Shown in pieces: positions 8,600 through 19,732 of a stretch of 20,000 nt of DNA. Both the position numbers and the translations under genes were made by a program. This DNA is from Neovahlkampfia damariscottae. Taxonomy: Eukaryota. The notes under the pieces are model-generated. The model was not told the DNA's origin. It saw only the letters and a program-made list of their open reading frames with translations, and ran no database searches. The first letter of the stretch is position 1. The number at the start of each line of letters is the position of its first letter. Where the stretch lies: positions 45,815 through 65,814 of the forward strand of contig JABLTG010000113.1 in the NCBI GenBank assembly GCA_016618085.1, written 5' to 3'.

Positions 8600-11500
8600 T
8601 TAAAATGAAATTCTGATCAAAATTTGTGCTCTTTCATCACAATTCATATTTGTATCATTCTTTAAATCAATCCATAAATCTTGAAAAAAAGATAGGTTTT
8701 CCAAATCGAGTACCAAAGTCCCTAATTTTCGATCACTGAATAATTTCTGGTTGAAAACATTAATTGATAGGGAATTGTCAAGTGGCATTTTTTCTAATGA
8801 ACTGAAAAATAAAAAAAAATAAAAAATATTACAATTTCAACAATTGATTCCATTGTGGTTCGAATGTGATTGGAAGTTCATCTGGAGTTGATGAAAATAA
8901 CATTTTGGTTTTTTTGAAAGAATCAGATTTTTGTTTGTTTTCTGGTTTTGTTGTTTTTAATGATTGACCATTAAATTTGACTTCAATGTATTGATCTTTC
9001 AAATCTTTGTCTTCCAATGTATTCAAATACTTTCCTCTTAAACAACTGACAAACAAATTTTTTGGTCGATTTTCAATAATTTTTGTGGGATTTATAATTT
9101 CTTCATCTGATAAATAATTTCCTTCATAAAGGTCATTGGCATAACTAAATTCTTCCTCTTCAAAAGACATTGACCAATTTCCATTTTCGTATTGAAATGA
9201 AATCAAAGGAGTGACAATTTCTTTGTTTTTAGTGTTCATTTTAAATGAACATATTTCAGTCGTTTCACTGAATAAATGAAAATCTAATACTTTTTCAACA
9301 TCTTCACTGTTTAAGATTTCAAAACAAACTACAATTTTGACCATTGAAGTTCCTCTTGAAATTGAAATAACTTCATTACAACCAGCAACAAAATCTTTCC
9401 ATTCAATCAATGCATTTGAATGTTCTGGATATTCTTCACAAATTGAGTAATCCTCCAATGATCCCAAAGCATCATAAACAAATGCTGATAATGAAACGCT
9501 ATTGGTTTCATGAGAAACACCAAACGTAAAACTGTCAAATTCTTGAGGGATTTTAAAAGATTCATCAATCATTTTGATCATTTTATCTTCATTCCATTCA
9601 ATAGAATCCTTGATTTTGGTATTTGACAAGTTCAATGTTTTTCTCAATCCACGTTTCTTTGTCATTGTATTTTCATTCAATAGAGGATTTTGTGAAGCCA
9701 ATGGTGATTCATTGACACCTTGAACTAAACCTAATTCTTTGATTTCTTCATTTGTTCCATTTCTATATCCAAATAATTTTGGATTTGAACATATTTTATC
9801 AAATCCTCTGAAGAAAAATTTCTCTTTTTCTTGGTTTAACATGATACCTGATTTACAAAATACTCCTGTATCAGTCCATTTTTTCTTTTTTTTTGTTGTG
9901 ATCATAGCTGTGTTTCCTATACCAAAAATTGGAAAGGGGATGTTCCATAAACCAGCGGAACCAAAAAATACAGAATCTACTAGTTGAGTTGTGATGTCTT
10001 TGAAATATTTTATATTTCCAGAGAACAATGCATCAAACATTCTTGCAGCAGCTGCTTCACCAAGATGTTCTGCACCACCGTCTTGCCATGATACAGAAAG
10101 ATCTGTTTTTGCACCAACTGTTGTCAATAGTGATTCTTTTTTGATTGTGCATTCCATAATTTGATCTTGATATCGTAATGTTAACATTCTTGCGACATCT
10201 TCACAAATTTTATCTAATTTTGAAACACTTGGGATCAAATTGTTAATAGTTTTGATTTTATTGTCTTGTCTTGTTTCTTCAACTTTATAAGCAATTTTAC
10301 CAACTGCCATTGCTCCTGCTCCAAGGAAGGAAAAAGCTTGATCTGGAATATCAACAAGCGAGAATAATCCAAATGTTGCACCCTAATGATAATGTTAAAA
10401 TAATGGTTTCATTACATTGGCGATAGTTTTTAATGCTCCTTTTCCAAGAACGAAGCAAACACTTGAAAAAGTTTCTGTAACCATTTGAATGGCGAATTCA
10501 CCAGAAGTTTGTTTTCTTTCAACACTTCCAGATGAAATGACTTTTGCTGCCAAAAATACCTCTGTCAACTTAGATTGAACACGATCATGAAATGCTTTTA
10601 ATTCTGGAGTATTTTCAATAAAGTCCATAATTTCTTTTTTTTTCTTCATTTCCTCCCTTTCTGACAATAGAATTTTTAAGTCATTTTGAATATCATCTAT
10701 TGCATCTATTTTACTCATTTTTGATTGTAAATCTTCAATGATTGTACTGATGTTTTTTTCAAATTCTATTCTTGATTCTTTTTGTTTTTTCATTTTTTTT
10801 TTAATAGAATGAATTTGAGATTGAAATTCTTCAATTTTGGATTCCATATATCCCAATCTATTTTCATGATCATCAACTTGGAGTTTAAGTCTTTGATGAT
10901 TTTCTTCCAATTGATGAATTTTCTTATTCATATTGTCAATAATCTCTTTATAATTGTTTGCAGACATTGAACATTTTGAAACAATTTTTTCCATTGTTTT
11001 AACTTCTTCTTTAAATTTATTCACTGAAATCGAATTTAATTCTTTTTTGGATTGACTCAATGATTTAATAGTTTCATCGATATCATCAGCCATTTGACTG
11101 TCCTTTTTGGTTCCAATTCCTTCAGAATACATTTTTTTCAACATCAAAAGAGAATCTACATGATCATTTTTTGAAGCAATTGTGAAATATTCAATTGATT
11201 TTTTGTAGTTCTCTTCTTCAAAAAATAAATGACCAATCATATAATTAGCGTTGTTGACATTCCCACCAACTTTGCTTTTGAGAAAATATTGATAAGCTAA
11301 ATCCATATTTTTTTCTTCATCCAAACCACTGAAATATATTTCTCCAAGAAAAGTGGCTGCAAGTGGAACTTCGTCCATTGATTTTTCAAAATACTCTTTC
11401 GCTTTTGAATAATTCTTTTCACAACCATATCCATTGAAGTATAATACTCCCAAGTAGGCGGAGAATATTGATGATGTTTGAAGATTTGTTTCACAAATTT

Positions 11501-12520
11501 CAAAGCAATTTTGATATCTTCCATCAAAAAAATAATCTTCGAATAATTTTTGTTCTTTTGATATTCCTGGATCAATTTTCTCTTTTATCATATTGTTTTC
11601 ATCTTTAATTTTGATGATTTTCCATTTTGTTCGATCGGTTACATCTTCCATTTCAAAATTAAAAAAACCAACTTCATTGGCTGATAAAAGTTTATCATCA
11701 AATCTAATATGAAAAAAATTTCCAATTCTCTCAAGAAAAAATTCATCTGTACCATCATTCATTGACATGTATCTGTTATTTTTTTTGAGTTTGATAGCAT
11801 TTGATCTTTGATTTTTTTCCACTTGAAAAACAACTTCTTTTGATTTTATAGTAGTCAAACTTGTTTTTCCATATTTTGGTAAAAATATAAAATGACCAAA
11901 AGATGACTCTAAAATGATTGAATAACCATCTTCTACTTCTCCATTTTCTAAAGCAAAAAACTCTGAAGTTAAGACATCTTCGTTCAATAAATTAATATCT
12001 GTTGAGAACAATCCATCTGAAAATTCTTTGAAATCAATTAAACCATCTCCATTTTCATCAAAATGATCGATCCAATCAGACAAAGAAATATTTTTTTTCA
12101 TGTTTTTTAAAAATACTTCCTCTTCTAATAATTCTTCCAATAGCGGTTTTAATTCATCTCTAGAAAGAGCTTTAATGGTAAAATAATAAGTAATGAATGA
12201 AAATTACTTTGACTGTTGTCTTGGTCATGTTTTGAAAATATTTCATTAAAATAAAATAGAAACTGGAGAGTTTCTTCAAAGTTTTCAAAATTTTTTGATG
12301 AAAAAGAAAAGTACCACTCAGAAAAATCGAGGAAATTGATAAATTTTGGTTCTTTTTCCAAAGGTGAAAAATAATTAGCTAAAGCTTCAAGGTATTTTTC
12401 TTCTGTATTGATTTGAATACTCTTTAACAGTTCCAATAATTCTTTACATGAAATTTTTTCTTCATGACTGGCAAATGTGATAAACAGTGACTTGAGAGTG
12501 GTTTTTCTCTTCACTTCCAT
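8600..12520 (-). CDS. Large multidomain protein (~1272 aa, 4 exons): EF-hands, beta-trefoil/fascin-like segment, Sel1-like repeats, coiled coil, unknown domain, TerD-like domain, C2 domain
   Basis: Introns 12170-12207, 10383-10415 and 8802-8832 join four ORFs into 3819 nt in frame. Splicing the first creates the canonical EF loop DQDNSQTLSRDE; a second loop is DENGDGLIDFKE. Sel1 units: LGVLYFNGYGCEKNYSKAKEYFEKS, LGEIYFSGL, MYSEGIGTKKD. C2: DQYIEVKFNGQSLKT...PQWNQ...LSINVFNQKLFSDRKLGTLVLDL...WIDL. Confidence 0.85.
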
Positions 12521-12607
12521 TTGATTGGTTATTCGGAAAATGATTGGATTGATGAAAGAGGATTTTTAAAAATAAATCCCATTTAATGCTAACAAAAGAA
12601 TTTAGAT

Positions 12608-14090
12608 TCAAATAGAACAAATTGGTTTTTTTTGTAATTTTCTCCACAATATATTCGGAGCACTAAAACTATGTTAAAAAAGAAGCAACAATTACCCAGG
12701 AAGATTGATGAAATGCATTCCAACAACTTGACCATTTTGAATTAAGAATTTTCCATTGACATTCTGAAGAAATGTAAATTCATGATTTTCCTTCAATACA
12801 ATTTGGATTTCTCCCAAATTCTTAATGTTCATGAAGAGATTTCCTTTTTTTGAATACAATCTATGTGCTACTTCTATTTCATTTTGATAATAGTATCCAA
12901 CATAAAATGATGGATCTATTTTAAAACTAGTTTCAATATCAACTTCAATTTTGATTTCATTTTGATCAATTCGATGAATATCTTTCAATTTTTTATCAAG
13001 AAAAACTTGTGAAACTTCAAACGCTTTTTTTTGAATTTTCCCATCAGCAATATTTGCAGTAACAAAAATAGTCATTTTTTTTTCTGGAATTCTAATGAAC
13101 TGAGAAGCATACCCAGGAAATCCTCCAGCTAATAAAATCAAAATAAATTTTACAAAAACAAACCATGAGCAATGATTTTATGTCCATATTGTTCTGAAAT
13201 GAATAATCCCCAAGCATAATTATGTGATGTTCCATTATTAAACTTTCCCGGGGTTATTATTTTTTTCATCAATTCTTGACCTCAGGTAATTTATTATCAT
13301 AAAAATTTGAATCAAATTTCAAGAAATCTTCATGTGTTGTTTGTATTCCTCCAGATCCTCCTAAACGTTGAGTCAATAACGGTTTATACATCATTTGACC
13401 ATTAGACAATTTTTCATAACCATATGCAAAATTCTTTTCTGGTTTTCCTGGACTCATGAAAATTTGAGTATTCTTCATTCCAAGTGGTTCAAAAATTCTT
13501 TTTTTCATAAATTCATGATATTTCATTTTGGTGACAGATTCAATGACAAGTTCTAGAATTAAATACCCAGTATTACAATAACTCCAAGATTCACCTGTTT
13601 TGAATCCAAGAGAGTTTTGTTTTTTGATTAATTCCCATGAGTATTCTCGATCTACTGCGAACAAACCGCCATCTCCTCTGATTGTCAATAAAACTAAATA
13701 TTCTTTTAAACCGGATGTATGATGTATCAAGTTTGAAATAGTAATATTTGGGAATTTAAAATCTGGTACGTATTTTTTAACAGAGTCTTTTGCAGATAAC
13801 TTTCCTTCATGTTCTAAAATGGCAATAGCTAAACAAGTGAATTGTTTAGTTATTGATGCTATTATATATTTTGTATCATTTTTATTCTTTTGTTCATGAC
13901 GGATCTCTGAATTTCCAAATGAATTTTGGAAAAGAAATTTTCCGTTTTGAATCACACTCACCGTTGCTCCTGAGTATCCTTTTTGATTATATTCTGAAAA
14001 TATTCTATTGACTTTTGCAGGTTTATCATCTGTAGATTGCACAGAGAGTTGAATGCACAACACCAAAACAACTGCAAACAACAAGTTCAT
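12608..14090 (-). CDS. Secreted beta-lactamase-family (class C/PBP-like) serine hydrolase, ~471 aa, with one apparent single-base-deletion frameshift at ~13283
   Basis: Signal peptide MNLLFAVVLVLCIQLSVQS; SxxK motif IASITKQF; LIHHTSG; YxN motif WSYCNTGY; spliced HAGGFPG across intron 13129-13163; last intron 12663-12695; TGA at 12608-12610. Spliced length is 1415 nt, one base short of a multiple of three. Confidence 0.85.
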
Positions 14091-14221
14091 TTTGCAACCA
14101 ATAGAAAATTTTGGAACTATCTAAATCAGATAAAAACTTGGTATAATTTTGAAACAATCCTAATTGCTTCAAATATTGCACGTCTCACTTTTTGAAGAAA
14201 TTTCAGTTTATTTTTTAATTT

Positions 14222-15310
14222 TTATAATTTTGATGTTTCGTTCTTCCATTTATAATATAAATCAATTCTTTTCTTTCCATATTCCAAAAAATCAAATTCT
14301 ATTTTTGAATTTTGATGTTGATATAACGACCAAACACCCCACCATAAATTGGATAATAAACCACATTCCTTAACTTCATATTGCAATTTTTTAATTTCTT
14401 TTTCGTCTTCAGTTTGTAAATAACTTTGAATGAACGATCTTTGATGTTCCAATGATGGATATTTGGATTGGTCAATTTCTAAATCTTGATATTCACAAAA
14501 ATAGTTTGCAATATCAAAACCTCTGTAGTTATAACATGCATATTCAAAATCAATTAACCTAATTAAATCTAAAATTTCAATTTTTTCAATTAAATTACCT
14601 CCGTCTGGTTGATAAATCAAATTTCTTGATTGGAGGTCATTATGACAAAAAGTAACTGGAAATGATGAAATGATTTTTTCAAGGTATTCTTGTTCTTTTC
14701 TCAAATCATCTATAGAATACTCAAATTGTAAATTTTTGATCTTTGAAACTTCATCTATCCATTTTTTCAATGTTTTGAACAAAGTAGGTTTTTTTTCGAT
14801 ATCTTCAATATCCATAGCATGTAATTTAGCAACGGCAACCGCTGTTTTAGATGCAAATTTTGACATGTCATTTGAATTCAAAACATAACCTTCAATATAT
14901 TCGTAAACATTACCGTTCAAAAAACGTGCATAAACAGCAGGTCCGATCATATGTTGACTTGTTTTGATCATGATTTCAAGTTCTAAATCACGATCAATGA
15001 TGAATTCAGTTCCTAAAAATAGTTAATTATTTTATGAGGACTGATACCTTCACCATTGATTCTAACATTGCAAAATTTTCTTTTTGATTCTTCAACCATG
15101 GTTATTCTGTAAACTAGAATTGTTAATAAAAAATAAAGTTACGAATATTTGTGACTCCATCAGTCAATGGTTTAACTTCGGAAATTTCTGAAATGTTTGG
15201 AAATACTTTGTTGATTAAAGACCTGATGTTTGTTCAGTTTTTTTTTTTTTTTGATACTTGATTCCAGATATGTCTCCAACTTTTAAAACGAGGTCAAGTT
15301 TTTTCACCAT
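14222..15310 (-). CDS. Choline/ethanolamine kinase, ~319 aa, 5 exons
   Basis: ATG 15310; introns 15223-15257, 15114-15142, 15013-15047 and 14569-14598. Motifs: LTDGVTN, VRINGEGTEFIIDR, Brenner motif FCHNDLQSRN, IDFEYACYNYRGFDIANYFCE, LWWGVWS. Confidence 0.93.
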
Positions 15311-15373
15311 GTTTTTTCACTTTAATTTTTAAACCGAAAAAATTGAACCAATCACAAGATTATTTATTTTTGG
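15311..15373. promoter_or_regulatory. 63-bp bidirectional promoter with central CCAAT box
   Basis: Head-to-head ATGs at 15310 (-) and 15374 (+), with AACCAATCA at 15346-15354 between them. Confidence 0.6.
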
Positions 15374-17608
15374 ATGTTTAAATTTCTGGTTTGGTTTTTT
15401 CAATCTCTCATTTTTAGTTTTCATCTTTTACAAATAAAAAAACAGCAACCACGGATGTTGATGAATTTGTAGTGAAAAACAACTTCAAACATCAAAGTGA
15501 AAAAACAATTTCAGTAATTGAAGAAATTAAACCTCAAAAAATTGAAGAAATCGAACCTGATAGTCCATTACATGAAGAAATACCTGAAAAGTTCACAAAA
15601 TTATTCTAAATTTTATCAGAGACATGACTGACACAAGAAAACAGCTAAAGGAAGATTTTCACATTTGGAAGACTCAAACTTTATATTTTGAAGATTTTTT
15701 TGTTTCTCAAATGAAACTTGATATAAGAAATTTTTCATTGACCTTTGTACTCGAATTGAATGAAGACGTCTTTGAATTTGTAACAATAAATTTTCCAAAA
15801 GAAGAAGAATACCCTGTTGGGATGTATGAAATCATAATTGATGAAGATGAACAATTTACAATCAAACTAGAAGGTGATGACTTAGTTTCTGTTTTGGAAA
15901 ATATTTTTGATGAATTCAATAGAAAAAAAGAAATGTTGAAAGAAAATATTGTTATTCAAGATAATGAAGAAGAAATTATCATAGAAGAAGAATATGACAC
16001 AACCATAGAAAAATGGGCAACTGATATATTGAATACTTTAAAGAAAGAAGTTGCTCTCATCAATAAAACACCAGGTTTTTCCTTTCGTTGATTTTAATAC
16101 ATTCTAGGTTGGAATGCATCGGTTGAATTGTTATCGGAAGACATATTGTTGAAATTATCAATAAATCCCAGAAATAGGATCAAATTGACCACTTTATCTG
16201 GGATTGCAAGAGGTTTGGACATGGACAAATTCATAGTTATTTCGTTAACGATTCCAATGAAAGCAAAACCACCACAAATTCAATTTTTTCAAACTACTGA
16301 ACTTGAAAAGAAATATGAAAAATCAGAATCAAAATTTGGTATTTGTAGTTTTCTTGATGTTTTTCTAAAAAATGACAAATTCTTGGATAAAAATCTTGCA
16401 TCTACTAAATTAAAAACACCAAAATTTGCTCATTATCTTTTAAAGTATGTTGAAGATTTTTGTATCAATTGCACTCAACAATGCATTATTTGCGGTGAAA
16501 AACTTCCAATTGAAGGAATTAGACCCACAATTTGTCAAAAGACATTGTGCGTTTTTGGACATGAAAACCTTGGTCTTGGAATTGATGTCGCTTATGAAAT
16601 TCAAAATCGTAACAAATTCATTTTTTTCTTATTTTAGATTCTGATATTGTGGACTTATTGATTACCATTACATATGCAGCTGCACAACCAATTTATGGGG
16701 ATTTTGATCCATTCAAACCATTTCCTGAAGGTGTTTCAGCAAACACCACAGAAGGAAGCTTGAGTTTTCTAAAAAATAAAACAAAAGACAGAGAATTAGT
16801 TGTAAGCATTTTTTTATCTTACAATCAAAAAGGCTGAAGTTATTTCACTCATTCCAAATGTCAAAACTTTACAAAAATGGACAAATGAAGGTAAATTGAT
16901 AGAAAATTTGTATAAATGTCATCCTCTTGCATTTCCTTTAATTCAATGGTTATTAGGGTCAAATAGAACTCATTTAAAAAAATTGAACAAAAAAGAATCA
17001 ATCAAAGAAATGAATACCACACACCAATATTATCTATTATCCGCAACTCCAGAGAAGGAAGAAAAGTTTCAAAAATACAAAAAACAATATGGTTCTTTAT
17101 GGGCATTTCATGGTTTGAATTCCTTTTATTTTATTCATATTTTCAGGTTCTGGTTTGGCAAATTGGCATGCAATTTTCAGAAATGGATTAAAAAATATGA
17201 GTGGAACATCAGGTCAACTGAATGGAGCAGCTTATGGAAAGGGAATATACTTGGCAGCAGAGAGTGCAACATCATTTGGTTATTCCAGAACAGGCAATGT
17301 TTGGTGTAATTGTAAGTGTGATTTTCATTAAATCTATTCAATAGCACAAATAGAAGATGATGATGTATTGTGTATTGCATTGTGTGAAAGTAATTTTTCA
17401 TAAACTTCTAACTTTATAGTCATCAAGCATCCATGTACTTGGTTAATGGTATATTTCGATTATGTTCTAATTTTTATTTTAGCCAAATCCTTATTATGTC
17501 ATTTCTAATGAAGATTTAGTGATGACCCGTTATTTCTTTTTCTTTCCAGGTGGAACTTCAGAATCTGTTATTGCAAAAAGTATCAAACCACCACAAATAG
17601 AAAAATAA
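15374..17608 (+). CDS. PARP6/PARP8-like mono-ADP-ribosyltransferase, ~650 aa, 10 exons
   Basis: ATG 15374; introns 15389-15417, 15591-15619, 16075-16107, 16609-16637, 16802-16832, 17113-17146, 17312-17344, 17390-17419 and 17449-17482 give 1953 nt in frame. C4 zinc motif CIICGE...PTICQKTLC. Catalytic motifs AFHGS..NWHAIFRNGL, GAAYGKGIYLA, IALCEI, PYYVISNEDLVMTRYFF. Confidence 0.9.
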
Positions 17609-17623
17609 TAAATGAGAGCTCTT

Positions 17624-18632
17624 TTATTTCAATTTTTTCTTTATCTCTCCTATATCAACATAATATATTGTATTTTCCACCAGAGCACCTCTCGGATAGT
17701 ACAATTGAGATCCAGCAAATGGACTTTCAATGTCAGATAATTTCTTCCATGTCATTGTTTTCAAATTTAAATAGAAAAAACTTGATGTTGGAACCCCAAC
17801 TTGAATATTTCCCCCTAAAGTATACAGGAAATTCTCATCGAACATAAATTGGAATGCAGATGTGACATCTGGAATTTGACCAAGAGTTGAAATAGAATTC
17901 CAGGAATTATCCAAAATATTGAATTCCCATAAATCTGTTACGAAATTGTCTTTGATCTCATTAAATTTTGCTTTTGAACCCATTCCGTTGAATATAATCA
18001 TTGAATCTCCTTTCAAAAGGCATCCATGATGATAACGTCCAGGAGGTGAATCATTGAATGAAATTTTTATCTGTTTCCAAACCAAAGTTTCTTGAAGATC
18101 AATTTAATGTAAAATATTACCTAAATTTAATTCTATTATATCCAAGCATCTTGTAGAATTTTCATCATATCCACCATAAACATACATCGAGTTTTTGTGA
18201 CACACTGCCGAATGAGCATAACGCTTCGAAGGTATATCACCAATCGGAAATAATTGACTCCATTCTCCTTCATCTAATTATTAATCAAATACAAAAAATA
18301 ATACCAATTGAGTATTGAAATACATCATTTAAGTATCCATTTGATTTTCCTCCAAAAATAATTAGTTTCTTCTTCCAAATGATGGATGTATGAAAATTTC
18401 TTTGTTTAGGCAATTTTCCTTTCACTGTTAATGTTTGAAGACACTTTTTTGGCAGATCACATTTTATCAAATCATTGGAGAATTCAAAATTATTTTCTCC
18501 TTGTTCTCTTGAAAAATCCAGTCCTCCAAAAATAAAAAAAACTTTTTCTTCCTCATAATAATTGAAACTATATCCATGTTTGTGCAATAAATCACAGTTT
18601 TCAAAAGTTGACAGATCCACTGCTTCTAGCAT
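17624..18632 (-). CDS. Kelch-repeat beta-propeller protein (LZTR1/RABEPK-like repeats), ~315 aa, 3 exons
   Basis: Introns 18274-18304 and 18091-18120. Kelch units: FFIFGG, PKQRNFHTSIIWKKKLIIFGG, PSKRYAHSAVCHKNSMYVYGG, PPGRYHHGC, LYTLGG...MTWKKL. Confidence 0.87.
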
Positions 18633-18937
18633 GTTTCAAATAACAATTTTGATTGGATCAATAACAAGAAGAAATTTAACGAAGAAGAGTAAACTTTTCA
18701 GGATCAGGAATTTAAGTACGTTCAAAATCTATATCAACCAATCTGATAAAAAGAAATTTTTTTTTAAAAGAAGATTCTGTGGACAAGAAAAAATTCGAAA
18801 TTGCTTTAGGGTTAAAAGTAGTTCTAAAAAACAAAGTTTGGAATTAATAACAATTAATTGGAATTGAATATGATATTTAAACGCTGATCAAGAGGAGATA
18901 TTGACAGAAGAGATAAATTATTGGAAACAAAAATAAT

Positions 18938-18966
18938 TCACAGTTTCAAAAGTTGACAGATCCACT
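18938..18966. repeat. Direct copy of 18592-18621 (5' coding end of the Kelch gene)
   Basis: TCACAGTTT(T)CAAAAGTTGACAGATCCACT matches at 29 of 30 nt with one gap. Each copy is followed by a GATTGG (18651, 18986). Confidence 0.8.
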
Positions 18967-19048
18967 CAATAGTTTTCCAACTTACGATTGGTTTGTAAAT
19001 GATTGAATTACCTCTTATGTTTTCCGTTTTACAAAAATTTACAAAGAT

Positions 19049-19732
19049 TTACAAAAATAAAAAAAAACTCAAAAAACTAAAAAATTTATTCCAAAGTTTT
19101 CTGAGTTCAACTTTTCCTTTAAAAGTCATCAAACTTATAATTTTTTCTTTTTCTACATCAGTTGAGTATTTAAAATCTTCAAGGAATATATTTTCTGCTG
19201 CTAAAACTTTACAATCAGCGTATTTAGATACCTTTTCTTTCCAATACTCAATATTTTTTTTGGTCAATGACCAAGGGTTCACCATGATTTACAGTTTGAT
19301 TTGACACTTGATGTATTGTTTCAACATTTGCAAATGAGTTTTCAATTAAAGTTGAAGACTTAGCAAGCATACTAAGCAGAAGAGTGTTCATTAAATCAGA
19401 TGTTTTTTTTGTTCATTTCTTTCTTCTTGTTGTTTTTGAATATCTTTAATTCGTGCTTCTTTCAATTTAACTGTTGAGGAGATTGATTCTTTTCTTTTTT
19501 TGAATTGTGGAGATTCTTTTTTTTCTTCGATTGATTTTTTAAATTCTTCATCGTCCATTAAACTGCTCACATTGTTGGCTTCCAAATTACAAATTTCTTG
19601 TTCATTTTCACTTAATAAAGGTTCATCGTCTTCACTAAAGTCATTTTGAGAAACATAGAAATCTTCACTGTTTTCTATTGCAGCTCTAAGTTTTACTCCT
19701 GAATTTGTGGAAGATTTTTTGTGCCACTTGTT
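19049..19732 (-). pseudogene. Broken coding region: acidic/basic coiled-coil segment and a possible C-terminal SAM-like domain; may extend beyond the window
   Basis: Long coding-like frame 19732-19391 (NKWHKKSSTNSG...EDDEP...KEARIKDIQKQQEER). It shifts frame at an A-run near 19405 and again near 19285 into WSLTKKNIEYWKEKVSKY...ENIFLEDFKY...GKVELRKL. Upstream frames contain stops. Confidence 0.45.

Noticed and set aside
177..19304. Numerous 60-100 aa ORFs antisense to or overlapping real genes (e.g. 177-368, 2372-2584, 4418-4600, 9739-9987, 14670-14888, 18562-18867, 18999-19304)
   Set aside because: Most are shadow or alternative frames of identified genes, with F/I/S/L-rich composition and no independent evidence.
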